DNA from: Octopus sinensis
Lineage: Eukaryota
DNA: 64,000 nucleotides
NCBI RefSeq assembly: GCF_006345805.1
Contig: NC_042997.1
Span: 54,560,001 to 54,624,000, forward strand
Direction of reading: 5' to 3'
In this document: in pieces, positions 11,876 to 25,070 of the stretch
Position numbering within the stretch: the first letter of the stretch is position 1
Layout: every line of letters begins with the position of its first letter
Position numbers and translations under genes: made by a program
The notes under the pieces: model-generated
Told to the model about the DNA's origin: nothing
Database searches by the model: none
Seen by the model: the letters and a program-made list of their open reading frames with translations, nothing else

Positions 11876-13829
11876 TGAAATATCGACACATTGAATAATG
11901 AAATCATTCATATATTTTTGCCCTTCCAAATGATATGGCCATAGCTAGTATACTTTGATAACTTTTCTTGATCATTTTTGACCTGGGGCTAAGCAGTAAC
12001 AACTGAGGACTTAGTACAGTGCCATACTCTTGCCATACATATCTGAAAATAAGGATGTATAAAAATATGTGTAGTGATAAATTATTGACAAAGTATTTTG
12101 ATTAATTTCATTGATGTATGCAATACTATATTTCTCCTCCAAATTTCTAAGGAGCATCTTAAAGCTGTTTGGGGGTTCCTCTTGTTGTTTAGTCCCAGGG
12201 CAGCCCTGATTCAGTCAAAACTTTCCTGTTTTGACTATTCTCTTTTTTTTTTCTCAGATGTGGTTTGTATCTAGGACTACACTATTCAACACCTATTTCT
12301 ATGATAAAAGGGTGTGATTTGAGGAGATTGCACTAATATTTCTGTCAGTGTCAGAGATCTCAAAGACACTCCCTCAGTGGCTCATGTTGATTCTGGTTTT
12401 TAGACTTCAAACTGGAAATTAGTGATCAAATACCTCATTTACTCAGCTACTTTCTTTCTGTAATAGAATAAGAAATTATATCTCCTGTTTGATTAGAGAT
12501 AAATGTCTCCTGGATAAGTGAGAAGTCTTTGGCATGTAACTCTACCTGATGGGCAAGGAGGGAATTCTAGAGGGTTGAGTAAGGAGTGGGCTTATTGGTT
12601 TATTAAGGACCTAGATGAGTGAACACAGTCTAGGTGATAAAAGGAAGAGAGCTGAGTGAGTTGACAGTGATTGAGAGGAGATGGCATGAGATGAGCTAAC
12701 TCTACTGAGTAGAAGCCACTGTATTAGCAGTAGAAGGGGAAGAGGTAAGAAAGCAGCTTATTTGAGGAGCTCCAGTCAGATTGTCTTTCTTGTGTAAGAC
12801 TTCAGTGTGTGTTTAAGAAGTCAATATTTATAGGAAATGAAAATGCTCCCAAGGGACCACCAAGAATCCCTTTCTGTGAAGGTGAGAGTATTGTGAACAT
12901 CAATGATGGCAGAGGTGGTTTGGATGTTTTGTAGTGTCTTTTCCGAGGAAAGCAGAAATTGATAAGAGTTGTAGTCTAATAGAAGTGGTATTTCTGGTGT
13001 TGTAGACAGTAAATCATGAATGTGGTAGTTGCAGCATTACTGATAGAGGGGTTAGTAGTAGTGGTGGTAGCAGATAAATAGATGTGATAGTGATGGTAGG
13101 TCAGTGGTGATGTGGCTATGGAGGGATTGGTTTGGTAGCCGTGATGGTATGGTTCTTTAATGATGATAATTATAATTATGTTAGAGATAAAAAAGGAGGA
13201 GGAAGGTCAGAGTGCTGACAGGAGTGGTAAAAATATCAAGTGGTGGTGATTATAGTGAATTTTTTTTTATTTCAGTGTCTTTGCTGTGGTAAAAATAAAT
13301 TCCACTAACATTTGAGTGGTGCTTAAAATCTACTTCTTAGTTTGGGCTTTATGTCTTCAAGTGGATGTGAGATAAATCTCCTTTAGACAAGTTACCAGTA
13401 TATTACAAGTAACATTTACAGTTGATCAGACACCTTTCCTAACTGATTGGTAAATCAAGGTACTTAGAATAAAGTGTGTTGCAAAGAAAATAATTAAAAT
13501 ACCTACAATTCATTAACTATAAGTTGTTAGTCCTATACCTTATCTATTTTGCCATTTCATCTGCTCTCTTCAATAATAGATGATAATATATATGAATGAT
13601 TGATTTGTGCAGAGCAAGTCATTAGGTTAAGATTCTTTGTAAGTAACCTAACTTACAAGTAGTTGATTTTTCCTGAAATCATTTTCTTCTACCTAAAGTA
13701 ATAGAACACACATTCCATGTACTAATATATTTTCTCTTGGACTGGTTGAAGAGTTGCTGATTTGTATTTCATCATTGGTATTGTACAGCTTATTTGGCAA
13801 TGATATTAGTCTGCCTCACTGAAAATAGA

Positions 13830-14415
13830 TACAGGGTGTAGTAAAAAAGCATCCGACCTTCGGCCAAAAAACAAGTAATATTAAAAACTCACCATTTTGA
13901 TTTAGTCTCCTTCAAAGTATTTGCCTTGAGAGTCTACACACTTCTGCCAGCATTACTGCCACCACTAGAAACATTTCTGGAAATCACTTCTTGGGATGCT
14001 GTAGAGCTGTGCCATCAAATTTTGCTTAATGTCCTCTATTGACTCAAATCTTCTCCTTTTGAGAGTTTTTTTGAGCTTTGAGAATATCCAAAAGTCATGC
14101 AGAGCCAGGTCTGGGGAGTAGGAAGCCTGACGAACAAGTGGTGTGTTTTGCTTGACGAGGAATGCTTGGATGACGTGGGCGGGATGAGTGGATGCATTGT
14201 CATGGTGGAGTTGCCAGTTCTTTGCTGCCCACAGATCGGCTTGTTTTCGCTGCATTGCTTCATGAAGGTGACGAACCTCCAGGTAGTATTCTTTGTTAAT
14301 TGCCTGCCCTTGTGGTTCATATTCATGATGCACAATATCTTTGTAGTCAAAGAAACTGGTCATTATCAGTTTAACATTGCTGTGCACCTGTCTTGCTTTT
14401 TTTGGTCTTGGACGC
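13830..14415 (-). mobile_element. Mariner transposon 3' fragment (degenerate DD34D transposase)
   Basis: ORF 13965-14498 includes FFDYKDIVHHEY, WQLHHDNASTH and YSPDLALHDFWIFSKLK. Terminus TA|CAGGGTGT at 13830. Confidence 0.85.
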
Positions 14416-14439
14416 ACCCACCTAATACCCATGTGGATT

Positions 14440-15275
14440 TTGCTCATATTTGGAGATATGCTGTGCTTGAGAAGACCCGACAAGCCAAGTGAGATCATAG
14501 CCCATGGCCTATGCTAGTGGGTGTAACCAGCCCATTTATGAATACCTCTCATTCATTGGACAATAAACCTTGCTTATGAAGACCTATTGAGGCAAGTGAA
14601 ATCAAAATCAAAATTGCTGACGTGGCCAATGATAGAACCGCCTGATTGGCACATGTGCCAATGGAATGTTAAAAGCACATTCAAATGTGGGGTGTAACTG
14701 GCCCACTTATAAGTATCCCTCATTCATTGGACAATGAACTTTGCCTGGGAAGACCTATTGAGGCAAGTGTAAACAAACCAAAATCACTGATGTAGCTGAT
14801 GACAGTACCGCCTGATTGGCACTTGTGCCAATGGAACATTAAAAGCATATCCAAGTGTGATCATTGCCAGGGCCACAGATGTCTCCCGTACTGGTGACAC
14901 GTGAAAAGCACCATTCAAGTGTGATCACTGCCTGTGTTGCCTTACAAGCATATGTACCAGTGGCATGTGAAAAACAACATTCAAGCGTGGTCATTGCCAG
15001 TGCCGCCGGACTGGCTCCCATGCAGGTAGCACGTAAAAACACCTTTTGGGTATGGTCGTTGCCAGTACTGCCTGACTGATCCTTGTGCCAGTGGCATGTA
15101 AAAAGTACCCACTACACTCTCTGAGTGGTTAGCATTAGGAAGGGCATCCAGCTGTAGAAACTTTGCTAGATGGAATTGAGCTTGGTGCAGCCTTTGGCTC
15201 ACCAGTCCTCAGTCAAGCCGTCCAACCCATGCCAGCATGGAAAGCAGATGTTAAACGATGATGATAATGATGATA
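14440..15275 (+). mobile_element. RTE LINE 3' UTR (long fragment with an internal ~180 bp tandem duplication)
   Basis: Matches 62505-63122. The block attcattggacaat...gaagacctattgaggcaagtg...attggcacatgtgccaat is duplicated, and the copy ends in a (tga)n tail. Confidence 0.8.
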
Positions 15276-15720
15276 ATTATCATTTTGTGCCCCAAAAATC
15301 AACTTTGGATACATTTTGACTACACCTTGTATTTGTTAAAAGTAGTGGAAACATTACATAATTGACAAATATTTTGTTCATACATAAAGTTCAGCTCAAA
15401 TTCTATTTTGGGTATAGATTACTGTGGGCGGCCGAATCTTAAAAAAGATGATTTGCACTATATATGCTACATGAAATTGAAATCTTCAGGTCAACTGCAG
15501 TGATTTGACAAGTTATACCATGAAAGATATACAAGCAACTGCTGGATGGTAATACTTTAATCCATGATAAAACTAATTTTAACCTGAATGTTGATTGATT
15601 TTTATCCCGAAAGTTACAGACTGTTTAGACCAATATTGATATCTAAATAATCATAAATCATAAATTTCTTGAATTCAAAACTTTCAATATTAATGTTAAC
15701 ATTTTTTGTTGTTGTTGTAG

Positions 15721-16592
15721 GTCATTTCTTTGATTTTATCAGATGTGATTGGTGATCCTCTTGACAAAATTGCCAGTGGTCCAACTGTATCGCAAACCTC
15801 AGAGCCACAGGATTGTTTAAAAATATTTGATCATTTGAACATTTCTCACAAGGTCCCAAAATCAGTCTTTGAAGTGTTACATGAAAAGCAATTGGAATAT
15901 GAAAAGAACAGAAGTAAATTCAAAAGAATGAATGCCTCGAAAGTTTTTAATTTCATTATTGGAAGTAACAGTATTGCTGTGGAAAGTGCTCAGATGAAAG
16001 CTGAAGAACTGGGATATCAAAGTATTGTTTTATCTACATATCTCGAAGGTGAAGCTAGAGATGTTGGTTGTCATTTTGTAAACCTTGCCATCTCTGTTTG
16101 TAACCAATATATCAACAAGTTCATGGCTAAAAAGTTAAATGAATGCGACTTTCCAGAATTTTCCAACAGTAAACTAGATGAGCTGAAAATGTTAATTAAA
16201 TCTGCTGCTTCAAACTCAAATCCAATCTGTATTTTGTGTGGGGGTGAAACCACAGTTACTATGAAAGGAAACGGTAAAGGTGGCCGGAATCAAGAAATGG
16301 CTCTTTCAGTTGCTGTTATGTTGCAACAAATATTTACTAATGATTTAAAAAGGAATTTATAGTTGAATTCCTCAGTGCTGGGACAGATGGACAAGATGGT
16401 CCTACAGATGTTGCTGGAGCAATGGTATCATCTGAGATGGTTGTAGAAAGTTCTGCTAAAGACTATTTGAATAACAATGATTCTTATAATTTCTTTAAAT
16501 CATATTTAAATGGTCAGCATTTTGTTTGGACCGGTCTAACAGCAACTAATGTGATGGATATCCAGTTATTAATAATTAAACGTAAAAAGTAG
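15721..16592 (+). CDS. GLYCTK: Glycerate kinase terminal coding exon (MOFRL-type C-terminal region), with a -1 frame discontinuity near 16344-16362
   Basis: Acceptor gttgtag ends at 15720. The first frame reads [22 protein letters not shown]...[22 protein letters not shown] to TAG at 16360-16362. The -1 frame continues [19 protein letters not shown]...NNDSYNFF...[20 protein letters not shown] to TAG at 16590-16592, matching the GLYCTK C-terminus. Confidence 0.93.
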
Positions 16593-16864
16593 AAATCAGG
16601 ATATATTTGAAAGTGTCAGCATTTGCTTGGCCAATTAAATGGAAATTAACATTATTAGAATACATCAGATTATGATTCACCTTTTAAGGGAACAAATAAT
16701 TCACCTTTTAAGGGATCTTTGTTTCTAGTCAAAAGATTTTGATAATTAAGCAAATATAAAAATCAATGACAAAATTTGAAGACATTTGATAAAAATTATA
16801 TTAAAAAATGTTTCATTCAAATAATTTTTATAATGTGTTTTTTTTTCTGTTAAGTACTCCTGAT

Positions 16865-17430
16865 AACATCTTCATTCATCTCTTAATCTACAATGACCCT
16901 CTCCTCACAGCTTCTCTGGATCACCCTTATCTCTTTTTCTCATGCCCCTTTCCTCCCTCACCTTCTACCCATAACATGCACTGGAATCCCTCTCTCCACC
17001 CTATCCCACCTCACCACTTTTCCACTGTGTCCCTCTCTCTTTTCTGCTGACCCCAAATACTGCTTCTTTCTTTCCTCTTTCCTTTCCATATTCCACTCGC
17101 AACACTACTCTGTTACTCTCATACTACCACTCTCTCATAACAATAAAACTGTTCCTCTTATATTTCACCCTTTCATCTCCTCTCCTAAAATCATCACCCA
17201 CTCTCTCATACTCTGTTTCTTTTGTGTTGCTAGTTACAAGGTGGCCTCTCTAATACTGATGACTTGACACAAAAAAAAAGCACTCACTACATTCTGAAGA
17301 GTCATTGCTATTAGAAATTGTACCCAGCTATACAAAACTGATACATCGGACTCATTAGCTTCTGTCAAAATGTCCAACCCATGCCAGCATAGAAGGCTGG
17401 TGTTGAATGATGATGTTGATGATGATATGC
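16865..17430 (+). mobile_element. Degenerate RTE-tailed non-autonomous element just downstream of the GLYCTK stop
   Basis: A pyrimidine-rich body is followed by gtccaacccatgccagcat...tgatgat. Confidence 0.5.
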
Positions 17431-17574
17431 CTAAATATTTCAATAGAGTTATGAGTAATGTATGTAGAGTGATGGCTCAAACTGTTGAACTTTAATAGAT
17501 TTGAATCCAATTTCTTTTTAATGGGTTAATCTGTTTGTCCTCAGGTCATTGTTTTAAAGAACCTACATTCAGAG

Positions 17575-17965
17575 AGACTAGTGTGACTGTGTGGTTAAGA
17601 AGCTTGTTTCCCAACCATTTGATTTTGGGTTCAGTTCCACTGTGTGACACCTTGGTCAAATGTCTTCTACTACAGCCTTGAGACAGCCAAAGCTTTGTGA
17701 GTGGATTTGGTTGACAGAAACTGAAAGAATCCCATTGTGTGTGTGTGTGTTTATTTCTGTGTAACCTTGACATGCTTGTCTAGAGATCATGTGATTGTTG
17801 TAAACAAGCATCACTGTCATACAAGCGAAAACATGTTTGGCCATGGAGAAATATTTCCCTTATTTGGAAACAGGTGAGAGCTGGCAACAGGACAAACATC
17901 AGACTGTTGAAAACCTGCTTCAACAAATTCCATCTGACTTGTGTAAGCGTGGAAAAGTGGATGAA
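17575..17965 (+). mobile_element. SINE with a family A head and an alternative, RTE-like tail
   Basis: The head gtgtggttaagaag...ggttcagttccactg...gtggatttggttgacagaaactgaaagaa is followed by a different 3' half ending gtggaaaagtggatg. Confidence 0.6.
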
Positions 17966-18852
17966 TGAATATCATGTGACTTCTTTCTTTGACCAATCAC
18001 CAGCGAGTATTGTATCTTCTCTTATTTATTTCTTGTACTCTCAGCATTTCCTACATCTCAGGTTATGGGGATCCTCTGAGTCAGATTCTTCTTCATTTAT
18101 TCCTTGATCCACCACATTACTATATCTCATACAACTCAATAACTATGAAGTTAAGGTGCTAAGTTATTCACAACACAGTTCATGCTGCAGGCGTTTTTTA
18201 TGTTACCTGTAGTGAAGTTTGCAATTATGAACTCTTCTTGTCTCAGATTGCCTTTTAAAATTTTGATGTTATTCAGACATTATGGTTGAATCTCTTTAGA
18301 GAAAATGTGTAAAAATCTCATAAACATTATAGATTGGAAGATTGGAATTTGCAAAATCATCCCTCTCATGGTTTCATGGAAAAACTGATGGAAAAAATAT
18401 TTTAAAAGTTTCTCATCAATTTTCTGGTTTTCTGAACTATGTTTGTTGTTGAATCAACTTATCTTCACAATATTCTTTTGACAATTATACTTGGAGTACT
18501 GAATTAAGTGGAAATTGCTGAGATGTTTGCTGGTGAACAGTACTGAAAGTGAATCCTTTCATCTGAGAATAATTGAAGAGTGATTATTCCACATAAAAAT
18601 GTGATATGAACTTGTAATGGACGTAGCAGTGTTTTGGGTTGATTGTAGAAGCCCAGCAGGGACAAAAATAGGATCAAACATTGCAAAATGATGCATGACA
18701 ACTGAAATACTGAGAAATATGCTACAGGCTACACTCCTGATCCATCTAACATATGTCAGCATGAAAAGATAAATATAATCTGATAATGATCATAGTAATT
18801 TATATTTATTGCTTTGTACCTGAAAAGAATTATAAAGGATTATTAAATAGAT

Positions 18853-18887
<35 letters not shown>

Positions 18888-20654
18888 ATATACAGTATTT
18901 TACATTTGTTTTATTAAGCTGGGATTGGTTTTGTTAAAGCAATTACTTTGATGCTTTTATAACTGCTAATCACTCAACCATGAAGTAGGAAGTGAAACTG
19001 ACTTCATGGTCCTAGGAGAATAATGTTTGTTTCTGCGCACAACATGCTGGTTGTAGTTTGAACTCCAATCTTTTGTTTCACAGCCTCTGTGTCTCTCATT
19101 ATACACAGACAGATGTAAACAGATAGATTGTGTTCTATTTATTTTCTATCAACCTTTTAACTCTACATGTACCTCTCCATATACATTACATGTCTGTATT
19201 TCTCATATTCTTGTTTAAGCTAATTACTCTTCAAGTATACTGACTGAAATTCCTAACAGTATATTTACACTTGTGAGGTTGATGTTGTTCAGCTTGACCT
19301 TCTGTAAGGTGACGCATGTAGAATAAATGTTAGCAAAATGGGGTTTCTAGAGGGCGCAGACCTTATCTGTAATCTTGTTTAACACCACCACTTAGTACTT
19401 TTGTAATTTTAGTGGAATCTAATTTGTTGCAAGCATTTGGACTATTTCTCTGGTCTAAGGCTTACTAGATATCTTGGTCTACTTGTTCCTATTGTATTTT
19501 TCTTTTTTATAGTACTTCTGTTTGACAGAGAGTACAGGTGAAAGTGCTTTTCCACCTAAGGTCCACTGTCAAATAAAGTAGGAATCCTTGCCCCATAAAT
19601 ATTGCCTTGGGAGACTGTTCTCTTTCCTGGCAAGTCCACCTGTGGCCATTGACTCCTAGTTGGGCTACACATAAAGATCAAAGATTAACAGCAATTTATG
19701 AGCTGTAGATTTTTCCTTCCTTTCCCCACTACCTCAGAGTTTTACAAAAGTTACAAAAAGTTTGGATGCAGGCAGACCAAGAAAAATATTTGTTGGGAAG
19801 GTAGTACATAACTTGTTTATTCAGAGGTGTAAAAAAAATGTTGAAGTAGCATTAAAAGAGGAGTGGAGAAACTGCATATGTGAACCAGCAACTGTAGCTT
19901 GTTGGTAAGTGTTTGTCAATCAACCAAATTGCCTTTTAGATGTGGCATTTTATCAGCCCTGGTCAAACTGTTCAACCCATGCCAGCATGGACAACAGACA
20001 TTAAGTGATGATTATGATGATAATTTAGTAATACTCAATTGTAAGTTTTACTTGAGCTATTTACAGGATCAGTAACTGATTAGAGCTGAAGTATCTTCTT
20101 ATCTTGAAGAGGAAATCTAAAGTTTGGAATCCAGTTTTGGCAATATTATGAGTTCACCAATGGTCAATTAACAGTGATTATGAGTAGTAATATTCATAGT
20201 AACTTTGAGTGCTTTAGTTGCATATTCTCATGCAAAGAGAGGTATAACTCAATCTCTTTGATGCGTGTAATCATCTTAGTTTATAGCTGTTGCAAGACAG
20301 CTTTATATTTATAGAAACAGTGCATGTCTGTTTTAAGATGTTTCCTTATGTATGTGTATTGCATATAATGTACAGAGTGTTGTTTAACAAATTAAACAGA
20401 TACATGATCAAAGACATCCTTTTTTTTTAATGGTTTGTAGGATTACACTATCAAGTGTGTCCTTTCCTTATTTAAAATATTAAGGTGTGATTTGAGAGAC
20501 ATCTGGCTGCTGTTTGTAGCACATTGTGAGATAAAATGGAGATGCCTTCTTTCATTTGTAACGATAAGCTTATTGGATATGTGGATCTATATTTGGTTGG
20601 TATGAGTGGTGATCACACAAACATGTTTCTAATGAATTGTGCATGGAAACTATA

Positions 20655-21051
20655 TTAGACAGAAGGTGCAAAATGCCCCCCATCCAATAGATGGTGCTGA
20701 GTTGTCAAACATTTAAACCAAATTTTCTCAAAACAACTTGTTCGACCGTCCCATTTTGTGGCATTATTTCAAGCCAGCCAACTTTTTTTGCACAAACTGC
20801 ACGTGCATTTTTCTCGCGTATGTGTAGTATCGATCGCAACAGCTGATGTACTTGCATGTACAAATGCACGTTCCCATGGCTTCATCGATTGCATTCTCAC
20901 CTGGAATCGATTTTTGTAATTTTTTCAAGACTTAAACATGCCCTGATACCGTCGGTATCTACATATCAAATTTGAGTGCAATCGGATGGAGGATGCCTGC
21001 GGTCCTAGAAGACACACACACAGACAGACAGAACAGATTTTATATAAGAGA
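20655..21051 (-). mobile_element. Non-autonomous Helitron/Helentron-like element
   Basis: On - it starts TC (tctcttatataaaa...tctgtctgtctgtgtgtg) and ends with a weak hairpin gggcattttgcacc plus CTAA, between A and T. Confidence 0.55.
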
Positions 21052-22352
21052 TATATTATCAACCAAAAGTAAAAGTAACAAAAATGAAATATAGTACAAA
21101 ATAAGATGCAATAATAATAAAAGATAAAATAGTATCAGGGCATATAAGAAAACTGATTGATATATATAAGAATTTAAGTTATCCAGTTATATTACACACA
21201 CATTTTTAGGTATACAGAGGAAAACTTGTTACCAGAATACACAAAATACTGAAATATTTCTGAATTACAGGAATGTCTTGCATTATGGGAGTAATTTTTT
21301 CCTGAAAAACTTATGTAACATGAAATTCCAAATGTGAAATTGGTTTTCCCATTACAAAATGATAATAGTCAGGAATATAGGAATGTGATTAAGACAAAGT
21401 GAATTACCATAAAGAATTTTCATTATACACACACACACATGTGGCGGCGGCAGCAGCAGCAACTATTTTGTTTATAGTGTAAGATAATCAACAAGACCTT
21501 TGATTTAGAGTTGCCCCTTATATCTTGTGAATGACTATATTTTCTCACTTTTACATGAGTGGTCACTGTCATTTGCCTGTAGTCCATAACGAAAGTATGT
21601 TCTGGTTTCATCAGATGTCTTGATATATTATGCACTGCATGTTAGATTCATACAAATGGTGTTGTTTGTTTTCAGTCCTCTGTGAAAGCATACCTGGGCC
21701 GTTCATTGTCCAATAGACTGGAGGATTTATCTTGCTTGGAAACAAGTAAAGATTGGCATCAGCAAAAGCATCCAGGCATAGAACACTGTGCCTCAATTTA
21801 GTCTCATCTGACCCTTGCAAACACAGAGAAAGCTGATATTAAAACTATGACATGTATATGTGTGTGTGTGTGTGTGTGTATTGTATTTTTCCATAACCAC
21901 CATGCACCAGAAGTCATTTGTAATGTTTTTATCAAACCACTTAATCTTTCTTGCAGTCTTTTATGCACCAAATTTAATTAAATAAATGAAAGAAAACAAA
22001 AACAAAAACAAAACATTGTTATGAAGCCATCAGTTCAAGTTGTTGGTCAACACTCATTACAATAATTAGCAATGACATATATATGTCTCCGCTAAATAAC
22101 ATATATCTAATGTCCATCTAATTGCAGAATTATGCTAATCTAGAAAATTTCTCCAGAGACATTTTAAAATTTTTATGTAGCGAATCATGTGATTTTGTTT
22201 CTCAGCCAATAAGACTTAAATTCTTTACTTTTTACATTAAAAGTATTTTGCAATTTTGAAATACTGCCTTTATATGAATGTGTGTGTGTGTATGCATGTA
22301 TGTATGTGTATATGTGTATAAATATATGTGTGTGTGTGTGTGCATGTACATA

Positions 22353-22520
22353 TCATCATCATCGTTTAGCGTCCGCTTTCCATGCTAGCATGGGTTGGAC
22401 GGTTCAACGGGGTGTGGGAAGCCAGAAGGCTGCACCAGGCCCAGTCTGATCTGGCAATGTTTCTACGGCTGGATGCCCTTCCTAACGCCAACCACTCCAG
22501 CATAGGTGCCAGACGAGTCT
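22353..22520 (-). mobile_element. RTE 3'-tail fragment
   Basis: (cat)n cgtttagcgtccgctttccatgctagcatgggttggacgg... Confidence 0.85.
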
Positions 22521-22909
22521 GGCAAACAGCCACGATCAGATATATATATATATATATATCATCATCATCATCATTATCAACATTTTAATGTCCCCTTTTC
22601 CATACTTGCATGTATTAGTTGGAGTTTATTGAGGCAACCTTGTTTCCAAGCAGGGTAATATTTCTCCGTGGTCAGAAATGTTTTCATACAATACTGGAAG
22701 GCACTGACAATCATTTTAGATCAATGCAAGGAGATGCAAATACACACACATGCACACATGCATGCACGCTCGCACACACACACGCACACACTGAGCTTCC
22801 TTCAATTTCCATCTTCCAAATCCACTTGCCTAAGGTGCCATACAATGGGACTGAACTATGAACAATGTGCCTGGGAAGCAAACTCTTACCACACAACCAT
22901 GCCTGCACC

Positions 22910-23580
22910 TACATACACACCCAAGCACTCCACACTCGCACACACACACATACATACACACACACATACATACACACATACATACATACACACATACATA
23001 CACACACATACATACATACACACATACACACACACATACATACACATATACATACATACACACATACATACACACACATACATACACACATACATACACA
23101 CATACATACATACACATACATACACACATATACATACACACATACATACACACACATACATACACACATATATACACACACATACATACATACACACACA
23201 CATACATACATGCACATACATACACACACATACATACACACACACATACACACATACACACATACATACACACACATACATACACACACATACATACACA
23301 CATACATACACACACACATACACACATACATACATACACACATACATACATACACACACATGCATACATACACACATACATACATACATACACACACACA
23401 TACACACACACACACACAAAATAAATGCATATACATACACATGTATGTATGTAAGCATGTGTATATATATATATATATTGGAAACATCATTGGGCTTTCT
23501 CCTTCTTTCTCTCCAACTTGTACACACACACACACACACACACACAGATAGACAGACAGATACACACACACACACTCATG

Positions 23581-23612
<32 letters not shown>

Positions 23613-23640
23613 TGCACACTCACGCACACACATGGACACA
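22910..23640. repeat. Long compound (CA)n/(CATA)n microsatellite
   Basis: Directly visible; it generates the spurious H/T/Y/I and C/V/M ORFs. Confidence 0.95.
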
Positions 23641-23784
23641 GTCATGCACAGAAATGAATCTACTGCTGCACATATTTCCGAGGTGTCAAATGACTCACAT
23701 TTATTAACACAAGGAACTTCACTAGACACCTTAATTACATCACATTTATGTCTCACCCTACAACTATCTGCACCAGCGCACTAA

Positions 23785-23864
23785 CTACTATTAATACCTC
23801 ACAACCATTACTATGATTACTAATAATACTACTATTACTGAAACCACCACCACCACCACCACAG

Positions 23865-23910
<46 letters not shown>

Positions 23911-23950
23911 AACTACCACCGCCGCCGCCGCCGCTGCCACCACCACCGCC
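23785..23950. repeat. Compound trinucleotide repeat (ACT)n/(ACC)n/(GCC)n
   Basis: Directly visible. Confidence 0.9.
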
Positions 23951-24489
23951 CCTATAGTTTCTTACCTATTGTTCCTTGTTTATGAATTTGGTTGTCATTA
24001 AGTTCAACTCAGCTTAATAGTATCATCTCTCTCTTCTCTAAATGTCTGGGCCATTATGAGAGTAGTACCTGTGCTATTGATACAGTGCTGTACCTGTGAT
24101 TGAATATATATTTTTACCCTTTAGCCTATAGGCCACCAACTATCAACTCAACTATTGACAATGAGTCATACACATGCATGCTATGAGTCAATGAAGGAGC
24201 GTCTACATGGTCACATAACTTGCTAGAAATAGTTGCCAAATCTCTTTTAGAATATGTATTATCATGTTGAATAAAGAAGGACGCATTAGTTAATGTAGTC
24301 CCAGGTGTCTGCTAAAAAGATAGGATGGTTATGACTGAAAGGCCTTTGATCATAGGTCAGATTGATCAACAACCAACCGACATTAACACAAGTATAAATT
24401 TTTCACTGTAAGTACTGTTCGTTTTTACTCTCATATTTTTTATTAGCAATTGATATTGTATTCTATTCTTAGTTAAATTTTTACCCATT

Positions 24490-24995
24490 GACCCAGCTTG
24501 CTGACTTTCTGATGGCATGGTTGAATGACCAAATCCAAACTTCTCTGCTAGTTCCTCAACAGTTACGATGAAATTTTGTTCCACCAGAGTTTGCAGCATG
24601 TCCTCGTCGAGCTCTACAGATCTTCCAGGATGAGGCTCATCTTGTAGACTGTAGTTTCCAGCTTGGAATTTCTGGAGCAATTATTGACACTGGCTTATGT
24701 TTATTGTCTGCATATACTGCATTGATATTTCTCACACTTTCTGTTGTATTGTTGCCTTTATTGAACTCATAAAGCAAAATATGTCAAATATGCTACTTTG
24801 TCACTTCCATTATAGCTTTGAAAAAATAACTGTTAAAATCAAACTGCACTCTTCAAAACTTGCACTTAGTATAAGTACAAGGTAAAATTATTACCTGCTT
24901 TTATATCAAGTTGATACAAGTAGTTTATCCTTTCCTCCTATAACTTTTAGTTCAAGCAATTGAAAAAAATGCATTATTTATGGGCTGACCCAATA
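24490..24995 (-). mobile_element. Mariner 5' half (same family as 30365-31628)
   Basis: TIR gcattatttatgggctgacccaata at about 24971-24995. ORF 24366-24680 reads FQAGNYSLQDEPHPGRSVELDED...EELAEKFGFGHST. Confidence 0.85.
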
Positions 24996-25070
24996 TAAAG
25001 GAAATAGTAGGTAGTTGATTCTAGTGTCAAATGATATTTCAAATGAAGATATTACTAGAAATTATATCTA

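Noticed and set aside
12350-13300. Possible degenerate LINE endonuclease region in the GLYCTK intron
   Set aside because: The similarity is compositional only, and no motif could be read confidently.
13965-14498. SETMAR-like host gene
   Set aside because: The N-terminus is borrowed from an adjacent RTE UTR, catalytic motifs are decayed and a TIR is adjacent, so it is a mariner relic.
16309-16362. A micro-intron ending at tttatAG (16362) that would repair the GLYCTK frame
   Set aside because: It needs a phase-1 donor, but the nearby GTs (16309, 16315, 16320) are in the wrong phase. The intron would be under 60 nt and would remove sequence that aligns in length with homologues.
18559-18762. 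Small hydrophobic ORF (MLTYVRW...) on -
   Set aside because: There is no recognisable motif, and the upstream acceptor leads to stops in all frames. It cannot be told from chance.
22668-23784. Long ORFs (up to 329 aa) rich in H/T/Y/I or C/V/M
   Set aside because: These are translations of CA/CATA microsatellites, which are open in most frames. The same applies to ORFs at 32278-33232, 38890-39434, 48938-49497 and 58169-58389.
23813-24001. Poly-Thr/poly-Ala mucin-like ORF
   Set aside because: It is a trinucleotide repeat with no splice or domain context.
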